Of a DNA stretch of 64,000 bases, positions 25,778 through 38,599 are shown piece after piece; the stretch's first letter is position 1; every line of letters starts with the position of its first letter. Origin of the DNA: Mytilus trossulus (lineage: Eukaryota). Made by a program: the position numbers and the translations under genes. The notes beneath the pieces were generated by a model that was not told where the DNA came from, made no database searches, and saw only the letters and a list, made by a program, of their open reading frames with translations. Location: assembly GCF_036588685.1 (NCBI RefSeq), contig NC_086380.1, forward strand, positions 13,392,001 to 13,456,000, in the 5' to 3' direction.

Positions 25778-28029
25778 TAAAGTATCTGGAAATAATTATT
25801 AACATCTAGAATTGTTTTCCTTTCTTTTCAAATCACTTATGTTGAAATATACCTGACATTTCTATAAATATCCAGTTTGAGTTAAGGATTAGATTATCTT
25901 TCTATTTTAAACAATTAAAACGAATATATGATATGATATAGTTAATTAAATATGACAGAGAATGTTATTATCTTATCCAGTTAACTTATATTGTTTATTA
26001 TGATGAAGCCGCGAACATCTGTTTCTCGGGCTAAAATAGACGATGTATTATTGGAGGTCTGCGTATATAATTCATAAAGCGAAAAAGAAAATAATAAGAA
26101 AAATATGGAATAGCAAAGGAAACCTTTATCGTTTGTCTGACGTTAACAGGCAAGAGATAGTTTACTGTATATTACATATGTTTATCATCCAAATATTTTA
26201 TATGAATTTAAATTTTCCGCAATGCATTTCTATAAACCGGTAGTTTATTTACACAAATGTGTCATTAAATGAATTAGGGTAATAGTACCATGCATGCACC
26301 AGAATCTAGTAAAACCAAACATTTAGATACAATTGCATATTTAGGATTCCACGCCTGAATTTTTAAAACCATCGTTTTGCTTTACTCGTACTATCTTGGT
26401 GTGAATTAGACATACCCAAAATTGCTAACACTCTCATGGACGTATCAGTACAAACAAATCGTTGATTTAGAACGAATATACATGTAGTTTTATATCAAAG
26501 ATTTGTTGTCAATTTGGGAATTGATAGATTGCTATTCCCTTTTCAGGATTGACCTTCAATAGAATCGTTCGATCCTAACTCGAAACTGAAGGATGTGTAA
26601 GTAAGTTGAAACCTTTAGTGCTATATGATCTACAGTGACCTATAGAACAACGAATAGTCAATTTTATTAAAGTTTAACTTTGCTTGAAATAATGAGTTGG
26701 AACCTAAGTTTCTTAAATTATCAATTTCATAGTAAGAAGTCGTGTCAAGTCACAGGACTGGCTGCTAATTATATAAGATGATGACACTTTCGTTGACTAA
26801 CAGTACACCAGCATTTATATCAACCCAATGCTAGTAACTGCAAATATACTCTTAATATATTTTCCGCTAAAACAAACATTTTCAAGTATTAGTATATGCA
26901 TCGTGATATGTATACACTAATAACTGACAAGTTGCATGGACATTACTTTTTTATTATTTAAAAGACCTTTCGTTAACCTGTAGATGTCGTTTGGTGTTTT
27001 CGTCGCGGGGTTTCTGTCGTATTGATGTATATCCCATAATTTCTTTTTATTCATTTCTAACTATTGATCTGATCTGGAAACAGGAAAAAGGAAAACAAAG
27101 CTTCAGCAAAAGTATACATGTTAATGACATTCTAATTCCTGCAAGAGATGGAGCATTTCAAATAATGGTATAACACTAATTCCTGTCTACGGATGTTAGT
27201 CTGTCAGTTCGGTACAAAGCCATGCATAAGTTGACATCACTGAACCAGCTATTCCGCATTGTAGATTACAATCAGAAGAATAAAGTCTTTATCTATACTA
27301 GCAGAATTACAATGTATATCTTCTAATAGACAATGAATGTACGGGTTAACCACTTAACTATGCATTATTTTTTTGTATATACATTATGATTGAAAGGTCA
27401 CCGTGGTAGATATCCTTTAATTTTTATAGGACACTAAATTGAATATATTAGACTTAGATTGTTTTATTACTTTACATATTGTTTTCCTATACAATATATT
27501 CTTTGTATACAGACTCTCAGGATTGTTTACATTAAAGTTTAAGTTTTGGTGCTGATAGTTCAGAAGTCTGTTTAAATTTCTCTACACAAGCAATGACAGA
27601 TTTTACTTTGAGGTGATTGTCTGCAAGAATCTTGTATATATTTCACTTTAAATTTGCTGTAGTTCACTAAACTATGTCTATTTCTTCATAGGAGGTAACT
27701 AATTTAAAAGAGGTTTACAAGAAAACAAATCATTCTTGACTCTTACCAGGACTGTTTAACTTTTATTTTTAATTTTTTCACCCGGAAATTAAAACTACTT
27801 TCGTTTCTTTCTTCAATAAGATATAAGTGTAACTTGTCTTTGTCTCTTAATAAATGTGTAATTGCTAAAAAATATTAAAAAATCATCATTCTCAAGAATA
27901 ATGAAATACTCGCCTTTGGACATAACGCAAGCAATAATCAAACAACACTGTATATATTTTTTAATCTCTTTTAATATATTTATTTCAATAGCATAAATAA
28001 CATTTTTTCAAACGCATAAATGTATAACT

Positions 28030-30330
28030 AAATTTCAGTAGTATCGATAATACCTTAATTTCTGTAGCATCGATAATACCTTCATTTCAGAATCATCGAT
28101 AATACCTTAATTTCAGTAGCATCGATAATACCTTAATTTCAGTAGCATTGATAATATCTTAATTTCAGAAGCATCGATAATACCTTAATTTCAGTAGCAT
28201 CGATAATACCTTAATTTCAGAAGCATCGATAATACCATAATTTCAGAAGCATCGATAATACCTTAATTTCAGTAACATCGATAATACCTTAATTTCAGAA
28301 TCATCGAAATACCTTTAGTTCAAGCATCGATAATACCTTAATTTCAGAAGCATCGATAATAACTTAATTTCAGTAGCATCGATAATAACTTAATTTCAGT
28401 AGCATCGATAATACCTTAATTTCAGTAACATCGATAATACCTTAATTTCAGTAGCATCGATAATACCTTAATTTCAGTAACATCGATAATACCTTAATTT
28501 CAGTAACAGCAATAATACCTTAATGTCAGTAACATCGATAATACCATAATTTCAGAAGCATCGATAATACCTTAATTTCAGTAACATCGATAATACCTTA
28601 ATGTCAGAATCATCGAAATACCTTTAGTTCAAGCATCGATAATACCTTAATTTCAGAAGCATCGATAATAACTTAATTTCAGTAGCATCGATAATAACTT
28701 AATTTCAGTAGCATCGATAATACCTTAATTCAGTAACATCGATAATACCTTAATTTCAGTAGCATCGATAATACCTTAATTTCAGTAACATCGATAATAC
28801 CTTAATTTCAGTAACATCAATAATACCTTAATGTCACCTTTATTTCAGAATCATCGATAATACCTTAATTTTAGTAACATCGACAATACCTTCATTTCAG
28901 GATCATCGATATTATCTTAATTTCAGAAGCATCGATAATACCTTAATTTCTGAAGCATCAATAATACCTTAATTTCAGAAGCATCGATAATATCTTAATT
29001 TCAGTAGCATCGATAATACCTGAATTTCAGTAGCATCGATAATACCTGAATTTCAATAGCATCGATAATACCTTAATTTCAGAATCATCGATAATACCTT
29101 AATTTCAGAAGCATCGATAATAACTTTATTTCAGTAGCATCGATAATAACTTAATTTCAGTAGCATCGATAATACCTTAATTTCAGTAACATCGATAATA
29201 CCTTAATTTCAGTAGCATCGATAAGACCTTAATTTCAGTAACATCGATAATACCTTAATTTCAGTAACATCAATAATACCTTAATGTCAGTAACATCGAT
29301 AATACCTTTATTTCAGAATCATCGATAATACCTTAATTTTAGTAACATCGACAATACCTTCATTTCAGGATCATCGATATTATCTTAATTTCAGAAGCAT
29401 CGATAATACCTTAATTTCTGAAGCATCAATAATACCTTAATTTCAGAAGCATCGATAATATCTTAATTTCAGTAGCATCAATAATACCTGAATTTCAGTA
29501 GCATCGATAATACCTGAATTTCAGTAGCATCGATAATACCTGAATTTCAGTAGCATCGATAATACCTTAATTTCAGAATCATCGATAATACCTTAACTTC
29601 AGTAGCATCGATAATACCTTAATTTCAGTAGCATCGATAAAACCTTAATTTCAGTAGCATCGATAATACCTTAATTTCAGTAGCATTGATAATACCTTAA
29701 TTTCAAAAGCATCGATAATACCTTAATTTCAATATCATCGATATACCTTTGATTCAGAAGCAACGATAATACCTTAATTTCAGCAGCATCGATAATACCT
29801 TATTTCAGAAGCATCGATAACACCTTAATTTCAGTAGCATCGATGATACCTTAATTTCAGTAGCATCGATAATACCTTAATTTCATAGCATCGAGAATCA
29901 TCGATAATACCTTAATTTCAGTAGCATCGATAATACCTTCATTTCAGAATCATCGATAATACCTTAATTTCAGTAGCATCGATAATACCTGAATTTCAGT
30001 AGCATTGATAATACCTTAATTTCAGAAGCATCGATAATACCTTAATTTCAGTAGCATCGATAATACCTTAATTTCAGAAGCATCGATAATACCTTAATTT
30101 CAGAAGCATCGATAATACCTTAATTTCAGTAACATCGATAATACCTTAATTTCAGAAGCATCGATAATATCTTAATTTCAGTAGCATCGATAATACCTTA
30201 ATTTCAGTAAAATCGATAATCATACTTTAATTTCAGAAGCATCGATAATACCTTTATTTCAGTAACATCGATAAATGATATCTAGATTTCAGTAAAATTG
30301 ATAAATGTCTAAATTTCAGTAGCATCGATA
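28030..30330. repeat. Tandem satellite, 26-bp unit TAGCATCGATAATACCTTAATTTCAG, roughly 88 copies
   Basis: ATCGAT recurs every 26 bp (e.g. 28095, 28121). Both edges are degenerate. Confidence 0.97.
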
Positions 30331-33179
30331 AGATGTTGATATTGAGTAAAAGACAAATGTAAAGGGTAGTATCATTTTTAATTCTGCTAATGGAAATAAG
30401 GATTATAGTTATAATGGGACAATCATAACTGGAAAAAAAGAGATTCGATGACAGGACCTAAAACGATTTACCAAAAATAAATCTGAGCAACACGAATCCC
30501 AAAAACGTTTTCAAAAGTCTAATTTGTAACATTTAAATTTTATTTCTGTACTTGTGTACACTATAGGACTACCTATGTGAACTAGTCAATAAAGGTACAT
30601 TTTTATAGACTTTCTTACATTAAAGTGTATATTTTTGGATTAACTGATTGATTTTCTATAATGATATTCATGCAGCACCAAATTAGAAAAGTTCGTCCTC
30701 AATGTAGTCAAATTTATAAATTGATCTTTCTTATATTGCAGAAACGGATCATTATGCATGATCTTAATTATATAATAATAACAATAACACACTAGTGCAC
30801 CATTAACCTCTGCATCCATAAATTATATAACCTGTTGTTTCATTAATGTAGTTATTCATCATATACTGTATCGAAACTCAACACTATAGTGCAAGTCCTG
30901 CTCATATATGCGCACGGAAGTGCAAGTTTAATAAACCATAAATGTTAGATATAGGTTATAAAGTTAACTATGCAAAATAAAAGCTTTCTTTTTCAAGAAA
31001 AAATAGCACATTAAATTAAGTTGGTTTAGGTACATTGTATATCTACCATTTACTGGGATACAATTAAACAGCAACAAGTTCACAACTACGACCACGTACA
31101 TGTACTGAATGGTATTTTAGAATATAGAAACAAACCTCTATGCATTGCTATGTAAATTATAAAAGAATCTTAAAGCCAGACATCGGCTTACCAAGTGCAT
31201 TGTTTTTGTTTTATTGTCTTTCCAAAATCTCAGTCCATTCTGAACCTGCTGTGAATAATTTCAGAAGCAGAAACGGCCACGCGCACTGAGATAAGTATCA
31301 TACTTTAGGATATTTTTAGAACAATTATATCTTTTTAACGAAGCAGATTTTCAAAGCTGTCATTTTATTTATTTATTCAAAAGCAAATAATAATCAGAGG
31401 ATTATTGAAACATTCAGGTTTAAATTGTAACCACCATGCTAATCTTGTGCGAATTATCCAGCTTTACATTATATAATCTTACGCCAGAAACATGCACCAA
31501 GAAAATGTTCCCTGTATTTAACTATCCTTCTCTATCTATACTCAGATCTTTGATTAATCTAATAGCTCAGGACTAATTTCATTTCATCAAAAATAGCTGT
31601 CGAGGGAATATGTTTTCCAAAATTAGTTTACTTTGAATAAATCTTCTATATAATCTGCTATCTTTTGGCCTTTTCACCTATGTCAGTTTGTCAGTAATAT
31701 CAATAAGGAACTTTATAAGATTGAAAAATTCTAAATATTTTTATCCAACGTATCAAAGTGATGTAATATGATAGCTGCTTGGTCCTAGATTTTATCTCAT
31801 TCTTAACCATTCTAAACAGTAAGAGTAAATTTGATTAAATTTCTCTCGTGGAGCTACCCGCCATATCCATCGAATCGACTTAGAAAAACAGACACCACTT
31901 TAAACCGTTGACTACACTGTTTATCCACTCGGTAAACCTCGTATTTAATGTTAGAAAATTGAGCTCGAGTAGATATCGTACTGGGGGTTTTGGTAGAATA
32001 ATTGTATATATGTCTTAAATTGAGAATGAAAATGGAAAATATGTCAAAGAGACAACAACCCGGTCAATGAGTAATTAACAGCCGAAGGTCACCAAAGGGT
32101 CTTTAACGCAGCGAGAAAATTCCGCAAACGGAGGTGGGCCTCAACTGGCTTCTAAACAAAACCGTGTAAAAGTACAGTGAAAATGGACGTTATTTCAAAC
32201 TCCAAAATATACAAATAAAGAAAATGAAGAAATAAAGAGACTAAAAACAGGCGCAAAAATGCAGCGGGGATAGAACATGTTCAGACAATGCTAATATATC
32301 GGGGTCGAATGTGTTTTCGTGCTTTTTTTGTAACTTTTGAACATTTTACAATCGTTTCTTTTATTATCTTGTATTGTATTTTCGAGCAGCTAGACAATTA
32401 AATGATACTGTAAAAAATGATAATTTAAAACATCTCATTATTAATGAATACAGTATATGCTTTCCATATTAATTGATAAACAACAAATACAATACGAATG
32501 TATGTTTCACGAGATTGACATTTGCACATTCGATTCACATCAGAGATATGTTTATACATAATAAAGTTAATTATTCAATTAAAGTTTAATGACCCAGGTG
32601 CAACCTTTTGGAAAAAACAATTAAGTGATACATGACTTTTACCAGAAGATCCCTGACCTTTCTAGTTTAGGAGTAAGTTGCTTGTAAAAACAATATACAC
32701 ATCAGCATTGCTCAAAACCAGATGATACGTTTTAACAGTAAACACGTTTTTTTTCTTGTTCTACATTTATTTCGTTTATTGTTTTTGTTGCTTTTATTTT
32801 ATTCTAATCAATGTGTTTCAAAGTAACGTTTATAAAACGAAACTCAAAATAATTAAATTACTAGAAAAAGATGGATTTTGGCAACGGCAAAAATATTAAA
32901 TGACAATATATTTTTAACGACAAAACATATTATAAATTTCCTAATTTCTTTCGGAACTGTATACCCGTACACCAATGCGAAAACAGAACATATTTACCTT
33001 CAAGTTGAAGAGTTTGTTTATTAATACGCATTCGCCTGAACTATTTCTGGGGACCACGGGTCCTATTCGAGCGACAGAAACTTCCTTCTGCATACCGTAC
33101 ACAGGTTTTGATGAATGATTGAATTTCTATTTGCATTTGTTTTTACCTTTTATTTGTCTTCTGGTCAATGTTATTATAA

Positions 33180-33730
33180 AAAAGAAGATCTGGTATGATT
33201 GCCAAAGATACAACTCTCCAAAAGAGACAAAATGACACAAAAATTAACGGCTATAGTTCACCGTACGGCCTTCAACAATGAGAAAAGCCCATACTTCATA
33301 GTCAGCTATAAAAGCAACCAGAGGACAAATGTAAAACAATTCAAACTAGAAAAGTACCGGACTAATTACCAAAAAAAAAATGAACGAAAACAAACATATA
33401 ACACATCAACAAATGACAAACACTGCATTATAGGCTCCTGACTTGGGACAGGCACAAACGTGCATAATGTGGCTGGGATAAACATGTTAGAGAGATCATA
33501 ACTCTCCCCTAACCTGGGACAGTGGTGTAACAGTGCAACATATGAATGAACTATAAAAAAGCAGTTGAAAAAAGGTTTAACTCATCGGATGGCAACACAT
33601 AGACATACTTCACAGTGTGGACGTGGTCGGGTACTTGTATATCCCAACAACAAAAAGACACTAATTACAGACCTGAGAGTACTCGTAGTTAATGACAGCA
33701 CGTTCAAAGCCACTAACAGCTAATTAAAAA
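33180..33730 (+). repeat. Longest copy of dispersed repeat family A
   Basis: Shorter copies at ~1500, 6343(-), 9190, 13020, 22970, 23505(-), 51060 and 59162. Confidence 0.85.
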
Positions 33731-35442
33731 AATCATGCCTTTAAAACTAAATGCATTTTTCTTCAACATTTTTAAACACCGTTGGTATGTTATAATATTA
33801 GTATATGCACTCACATGCACACTTCAAGAATTTCTATGGAGAAAACCTAACCTTTAGATTTAAAAATTATAAGAATATGTATATTAATTTGTTTGAAACC
33901 CATAGTGGCTTGTCGTGAAATGCTTCTGTATACCCAGACAATTATTATGTTTATAAAGGCGCCATGCAGCAATATTATATGTCAATGAAAGATATCACTA
34001 ATATTATTTGTTTTTTTTTATAATTAATCATGATAAACAAAAAGTGACATATTTTATGACCTCTAACAAAAATATAGGATTTTTGTCAAAATTACGCAAT
34101 GCTTCTATGTCCGTTATAAAGAAAACATGGAGTAATGTCACGTGTTGATTGTCCTAATAAATTGATCTGACATAATTACTGGTATCCACGATATTTTAGG
34201 AGACTTGAAAATATTTGAAGCGAAATTAATCAACTAATGTCAACATATTATGTCAAAGGTTAACCTAACAGTCGGTAAGGAAAAATCACAATATCTATAA
34301 AAAAACATTACAGTTTAGAGTTCACACACTCTTTTCACGAAAGCTAACGGGAAAATGATTCAATCATTTGACAGAATAAAGCCTTAAATGGATATTGAAA
34401 AACAAAACCGTTTTGGACATACATGTTTGCAGTAATTTTTCAAGGCTAATATCTCCCTTGAGCAGCATTCATAGTTTAGACCCGATAGTATAATACAGTT
34501 TCGTGTGACATTCACAATTTAATATATAACTTCAATATTGTGTTTTGTGGTCTATCTATAATTGATCATTAATCTGTCGCGTACAAATCACTTAATTACT
34601 TAAAATAATAAAAATAAAAAACGAAATTTGATACAAAACTTGTTAAAACATGAAACTTAAAGCTTATAATAACACTTACAAAGTTAAAGCTGGAAAGTAT
34701 TCCAATATCAATCTTCACAAGATCACATAATGTTATATAATCATATTTCTCAGATTTCTGATTGTTTAATTGCAGAAGGAAATGCACAACGATGCGATGA
34801 ATTTATTACAATAATTAACAGAAATATTGGCTTATGATGATCATTTGTGATAATAAACAAACATAATATACATGTAATTAAGTGTAGAATTCAGAATCTG
34901 TAATGAACTATGTAAACATTTACAGAAATAGAAAATCAAAAGGGAAGTTAAGTATTTGAAAGAGCTTTACCTTTTCGATTGAGTTTGTCAATTGATGAGT
35001 ACTGATCAGAGTGATCATCTAATTTTATATAAGTTAAACTTTTTTTCTTTTATTTGCTATTATGGCATTAAACTATCTTGCATTTGTCTTCATGCTATTA
35101 GGTTTCTTTTTGTCTTTTGACGTTAGAGTGATTCGGTATGTATATAGTCCTATAACATATGACCTCGAGGCCATTATTTACTATTTCTATTTGCTGTTCT
35201 GATATATTTTTTTTACTTTCAATGTGCCACCGACAAAAATAAAAACAATAAAAATATCAGCATGGACATGTTAAATAGTGGTTATATAATGCGAAGGCAT
35301 ATATTATAGGACTAAGTATGTTTGCAACCCGCAAATGGGTTTTAACTTTTCAACTTTGAGCATTCTTTGTCCAATTCGGACACAAAGGGTTGTTTCAAAG
35401 TTGTTATATTTGTTCCTTGTAATTCATATCTACATAATTTCA

Positions 35443-35730
35443 TTTTGGATGTAACGCGTCTTCTGATTGCCTGCCGTTATTTTGTTATGAGCCAATAGAC
35501 ATAATTTAGTCATGTGACCGTGACGTCATCAACGTTTTTCATGGTTTTCTACTGTTTCAAATGGGATTGAGAATTAAATTATCAGAAAAGACTGTAATAT
35601 TTTTTTCGGTCTATTCAAAATAACATAAAAAATATGGTGCACTCTGTTAAATAACCCGCGTTATTCAGTGTGAACCAAATTTTATGTTATTTCTTCATAG
35701 ACTGAAAAAATATTACAGTCATTTCTTAAT
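35443..35730 (+). mobile_element. Palindrome-ended dispersed element (TTTTGGATGTAACGCGTCTTCTGATTG.. family)
   Basis: Hairpin GACTGTAATATTTTTT..AAAAAATATTACAGTC. Other copies at ~54722-54952 and ~49985-50090. Confidence 0.8.
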
Positions 35731-37607
35731 CAATTTATTTTTTTCGAGAAAGTGTATATCATATACGAGATGAACTACCAACGACGATAGTGTCAACTTC
35801 AAATAATATCTATTACATCTTTCTTGTTGGCATCATTGATAGATTAAAAATTTGTATAAAACAATAAGAAGATGAATGTTTGTTATAAGTTCGTTGTGTT
35901 GTAGGTCTGTGTTGTTCCTTTAAACATAGTTCTGACTGCTTTGTCCCTCTTCTTGTCCGAGTACCCCATTATGTCTGTTTGGGTAAGCCCTACACGCAGT
36001 TTAGTCAATATAACAGAATTATTAACAACTGTCACGCAAGTGGAAGGTTTAGCTAGCCATAAAATTAAAACAATCCACCATTTTATACGGCTGTGCCTGT
36101 AGCTAATCAGAAATATGGAAGTTGGTTTTCACCTGTTACTTTGATTGTTAGCTTTTAATTTTCTAAGTTTTTGTAGACTTCACACATTTTGATTTGCCCT
36201 TGAGTTCGTTTTATTGTTATAATTTTTCAGAGAAGAATTCATGATCTATACATTGTTTCTTTCTGTATTGTTTTGTTTCTTTTGTCGTGCTTTGTTTCGA
36301 TCTAATGAACACCTGTTCAAAAGACTGTGACTGTTATAGTTATTCTTTTTAATGTATTGGCGAAACTATTTTGCACCTAGCATACCTTTTTGTCTGTTTT
36401 GAAAAGGGGAACCCGTCCTGGTTTCCATGTCATGTTTTGTCAATTACTAGTTTTTTATGTCATTTTCAGTGCCAGTGTTCAGAGCTGATGGTATAGCTTC
36501 CATAATCTCATTTGGCATTATCAATATATTTTATAATCCTAAACAAAGAACTCATGTCGATAATAGACCAATAGACATATTATGACAGCAGACAAATCCG
36601 CTAAGAAAACTACAACACTTGAAAGCAGATGCTCGCAAACAAAAAAAGATGGTAGTCACTAAAAAAATGAAACTGAAGTCGGTTATTCCTGCTCTACCCG
36701 TATTCTATACATTCACCTGTGATTAAATTTTAGTTGTTTCTCTAGTACTATAGACATGTGTAAATAAGTGGTATTCATTTTTATGACTATGACACACATT
36801 TACGCCCGGAGTATCAGCTTTATATACATACAATAAATCTACATCGAATGCTAGTATTTTAGAAATGTCACTTATGCAAGTATTTCATCGTTCTTAATGG
36901 CACGGAAATAAACTAAGATATGTATAGTACAAATGTCACGTCAGTAACGGTAGACCACTGTTAGTTAGAATATAAGCTTTGACAAGTGTCAGTCCTGATA
37001 CGAGTTCCTCTCTTCATTCCACTGCAAAATTAATATGACTATGTTTTTTTCTTTCTAGAAACAGAAAGTTTGGCAGTAAAAGCATAAACAATGGAAAATC
37101 AGACATAACAAAATAATTAAAATGAACAAAAACCAATGTACACAAAAGCAGTAGCCATAAAACCTTATTCTAATCTCTACGAGGTCGATTTCACCCACCA
37201 AAAACGGGATAGAACTCCAAAATGGTAATCAGTTTTAAAATAGTTGTATCATATTGACAATTGTGTTGATATAGAGTTATATGACAATTTAACTGACATG
37301 ATACGTATTACTTCACAAGTTACTTTTTTGATGCGTTTGAAACTGAAAAAAAACCCCAAAGTATGTCTAAAACAACTACATAAATCTGAAAGGTGAAGGT
37401 ATAATAATTGATTATTGCCCCTAGAAGTTAAGAATAAAAGCATCGGCTATAAATCTATCAAATAATATTCTTCGGATAATTACAAGACATTAAATTTTAC
37501 AGATATAATGATCAGTCTTAGTATTTTTTTGTATTGCGGTAGATATTTGCCTCATCGCTGCCTTCTTTCATCAATTGGGAAAATCCACAGTAGCCTGAGT
37601 TTTAGAT

Positions 37608-37893
37608 AAACTCAGCATAAATACCGGGATTACAATTTCATATTTACGCAGACGCGCGTTTCGTCTACACAAGACTCATCAGTTTAGCTCGATTCCAAAA
37701 GAGTTATAAAGGCTAAAACAAGTACGAAGTTGAAGAGCATTGAGGACCAACATTCCTGAAAGTTTTGCCAAATACAGCTAAGGTTATCTATTCCTGAGGT
37801 AGGAAATCCTTAGTTTTTTCAAAAATGCAAAGTTTCTCAACAGATAATTTATAACTATGAACATATCGATGATAACTCAAGACAACACAGAAG
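37608..37893 (-). mobile_element. Family C element carrying a hammerhead ribozyme (Penelope-LTR/retrozyme-like)
   Basis: Absent from the paralogous unit near 45100. Homologous copies at ~42053, 50095, 51575 and 52670. Confidence 0.8.
37644..37690 (-). ncRNA. Minimal type I hammerhead ribozyme motif (core intact, stem I degraded)
   Basis: Minus strand reads CUGAUGA-GUCU UGUGU AGAC-GAAAC-GCGC-GUC. Confidence 0.8.
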
Positions 37894-38599
37894 TTGATGA
37901 CGTCATTATTCTTTAGATAATTTTCATGGAAAAGATACTAGTTTTTATCGTACCTTCTCCTTTGTCTAAATCCAATTTATGCATTCATCAAACTATGCAT
38001 TTAGTACAATGTTTTTCTTCAAATTTAATTTATCAAAGTAAGAATAATATTATTAAACTATTTGATTTGAAAACCACATCTAAAGTGCAGCAAACCAACC
38101 ATATTAATAGAAATAGAAACAGATATGAGAAGTGGATTATTTGCTAAAGTTAAATACATTTTCGATGGGGTGTGCCATATACGGAGAGTAAACTGCTTAG
38201 TGAACAGTAAACCGCCAAAACATTGTAAAATTGCCTGCACTGTTTGTATCAGTTGACGTTTTGAATTTTCTATTAAGCAGAAGGGTATTCCATATTAGCG
38301 GTTACGTTGTTCGAACACCTTTTTCATTCACTGTGAGTAATATTGATGCGGTATCTTCTGCAGTTATTTTCTTTGTGCTTGTGGCTTTGCTCCTTATTAT
38401 ACCATCATTACACAGTTGAATCTACTCTTAAATAACGTTCCGTCGTGCAAGTCTGTTGTCGTCCTGTTGTAGCTTGGAGGTGCATACTTTTTATTGTGTG
38501 TTTTATTTTATGACATATGGTATAGATAGGTCAAGAGGAGACTTTTTCGTAAGGAAAATTGATTTAAACCACCACATTATATGGAAGATCAGGTTAACT

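Noticed and set aside
26547-26600. Plus-strand coding micro-exon (TTTTCAG..GTAAGT)
   Set aside because: Stops in all three frames. At most a non-coding exon, and unsupported.
26978-27073. Minus-strand exon MGYTSIRQKPRDENTKRHLQ upstream of the candidate gene
   Set aside because: Good acceptor but poor GTTAAC donor, with no independent support.
28030-30330. CRISPR array or repeat-coding gene
   Set aside because: No spacers. The 26-bp period is not a multiple of 3, and stops are frequent.
33199-33441. ORF 33199-33441 and similar ORFs at 6496, 8110, 8396, 25278, 44287, 44350, 54467 and 62212
   Set aside because: They lie within non-coding dispersed repeats, and frames are not kept between copies.
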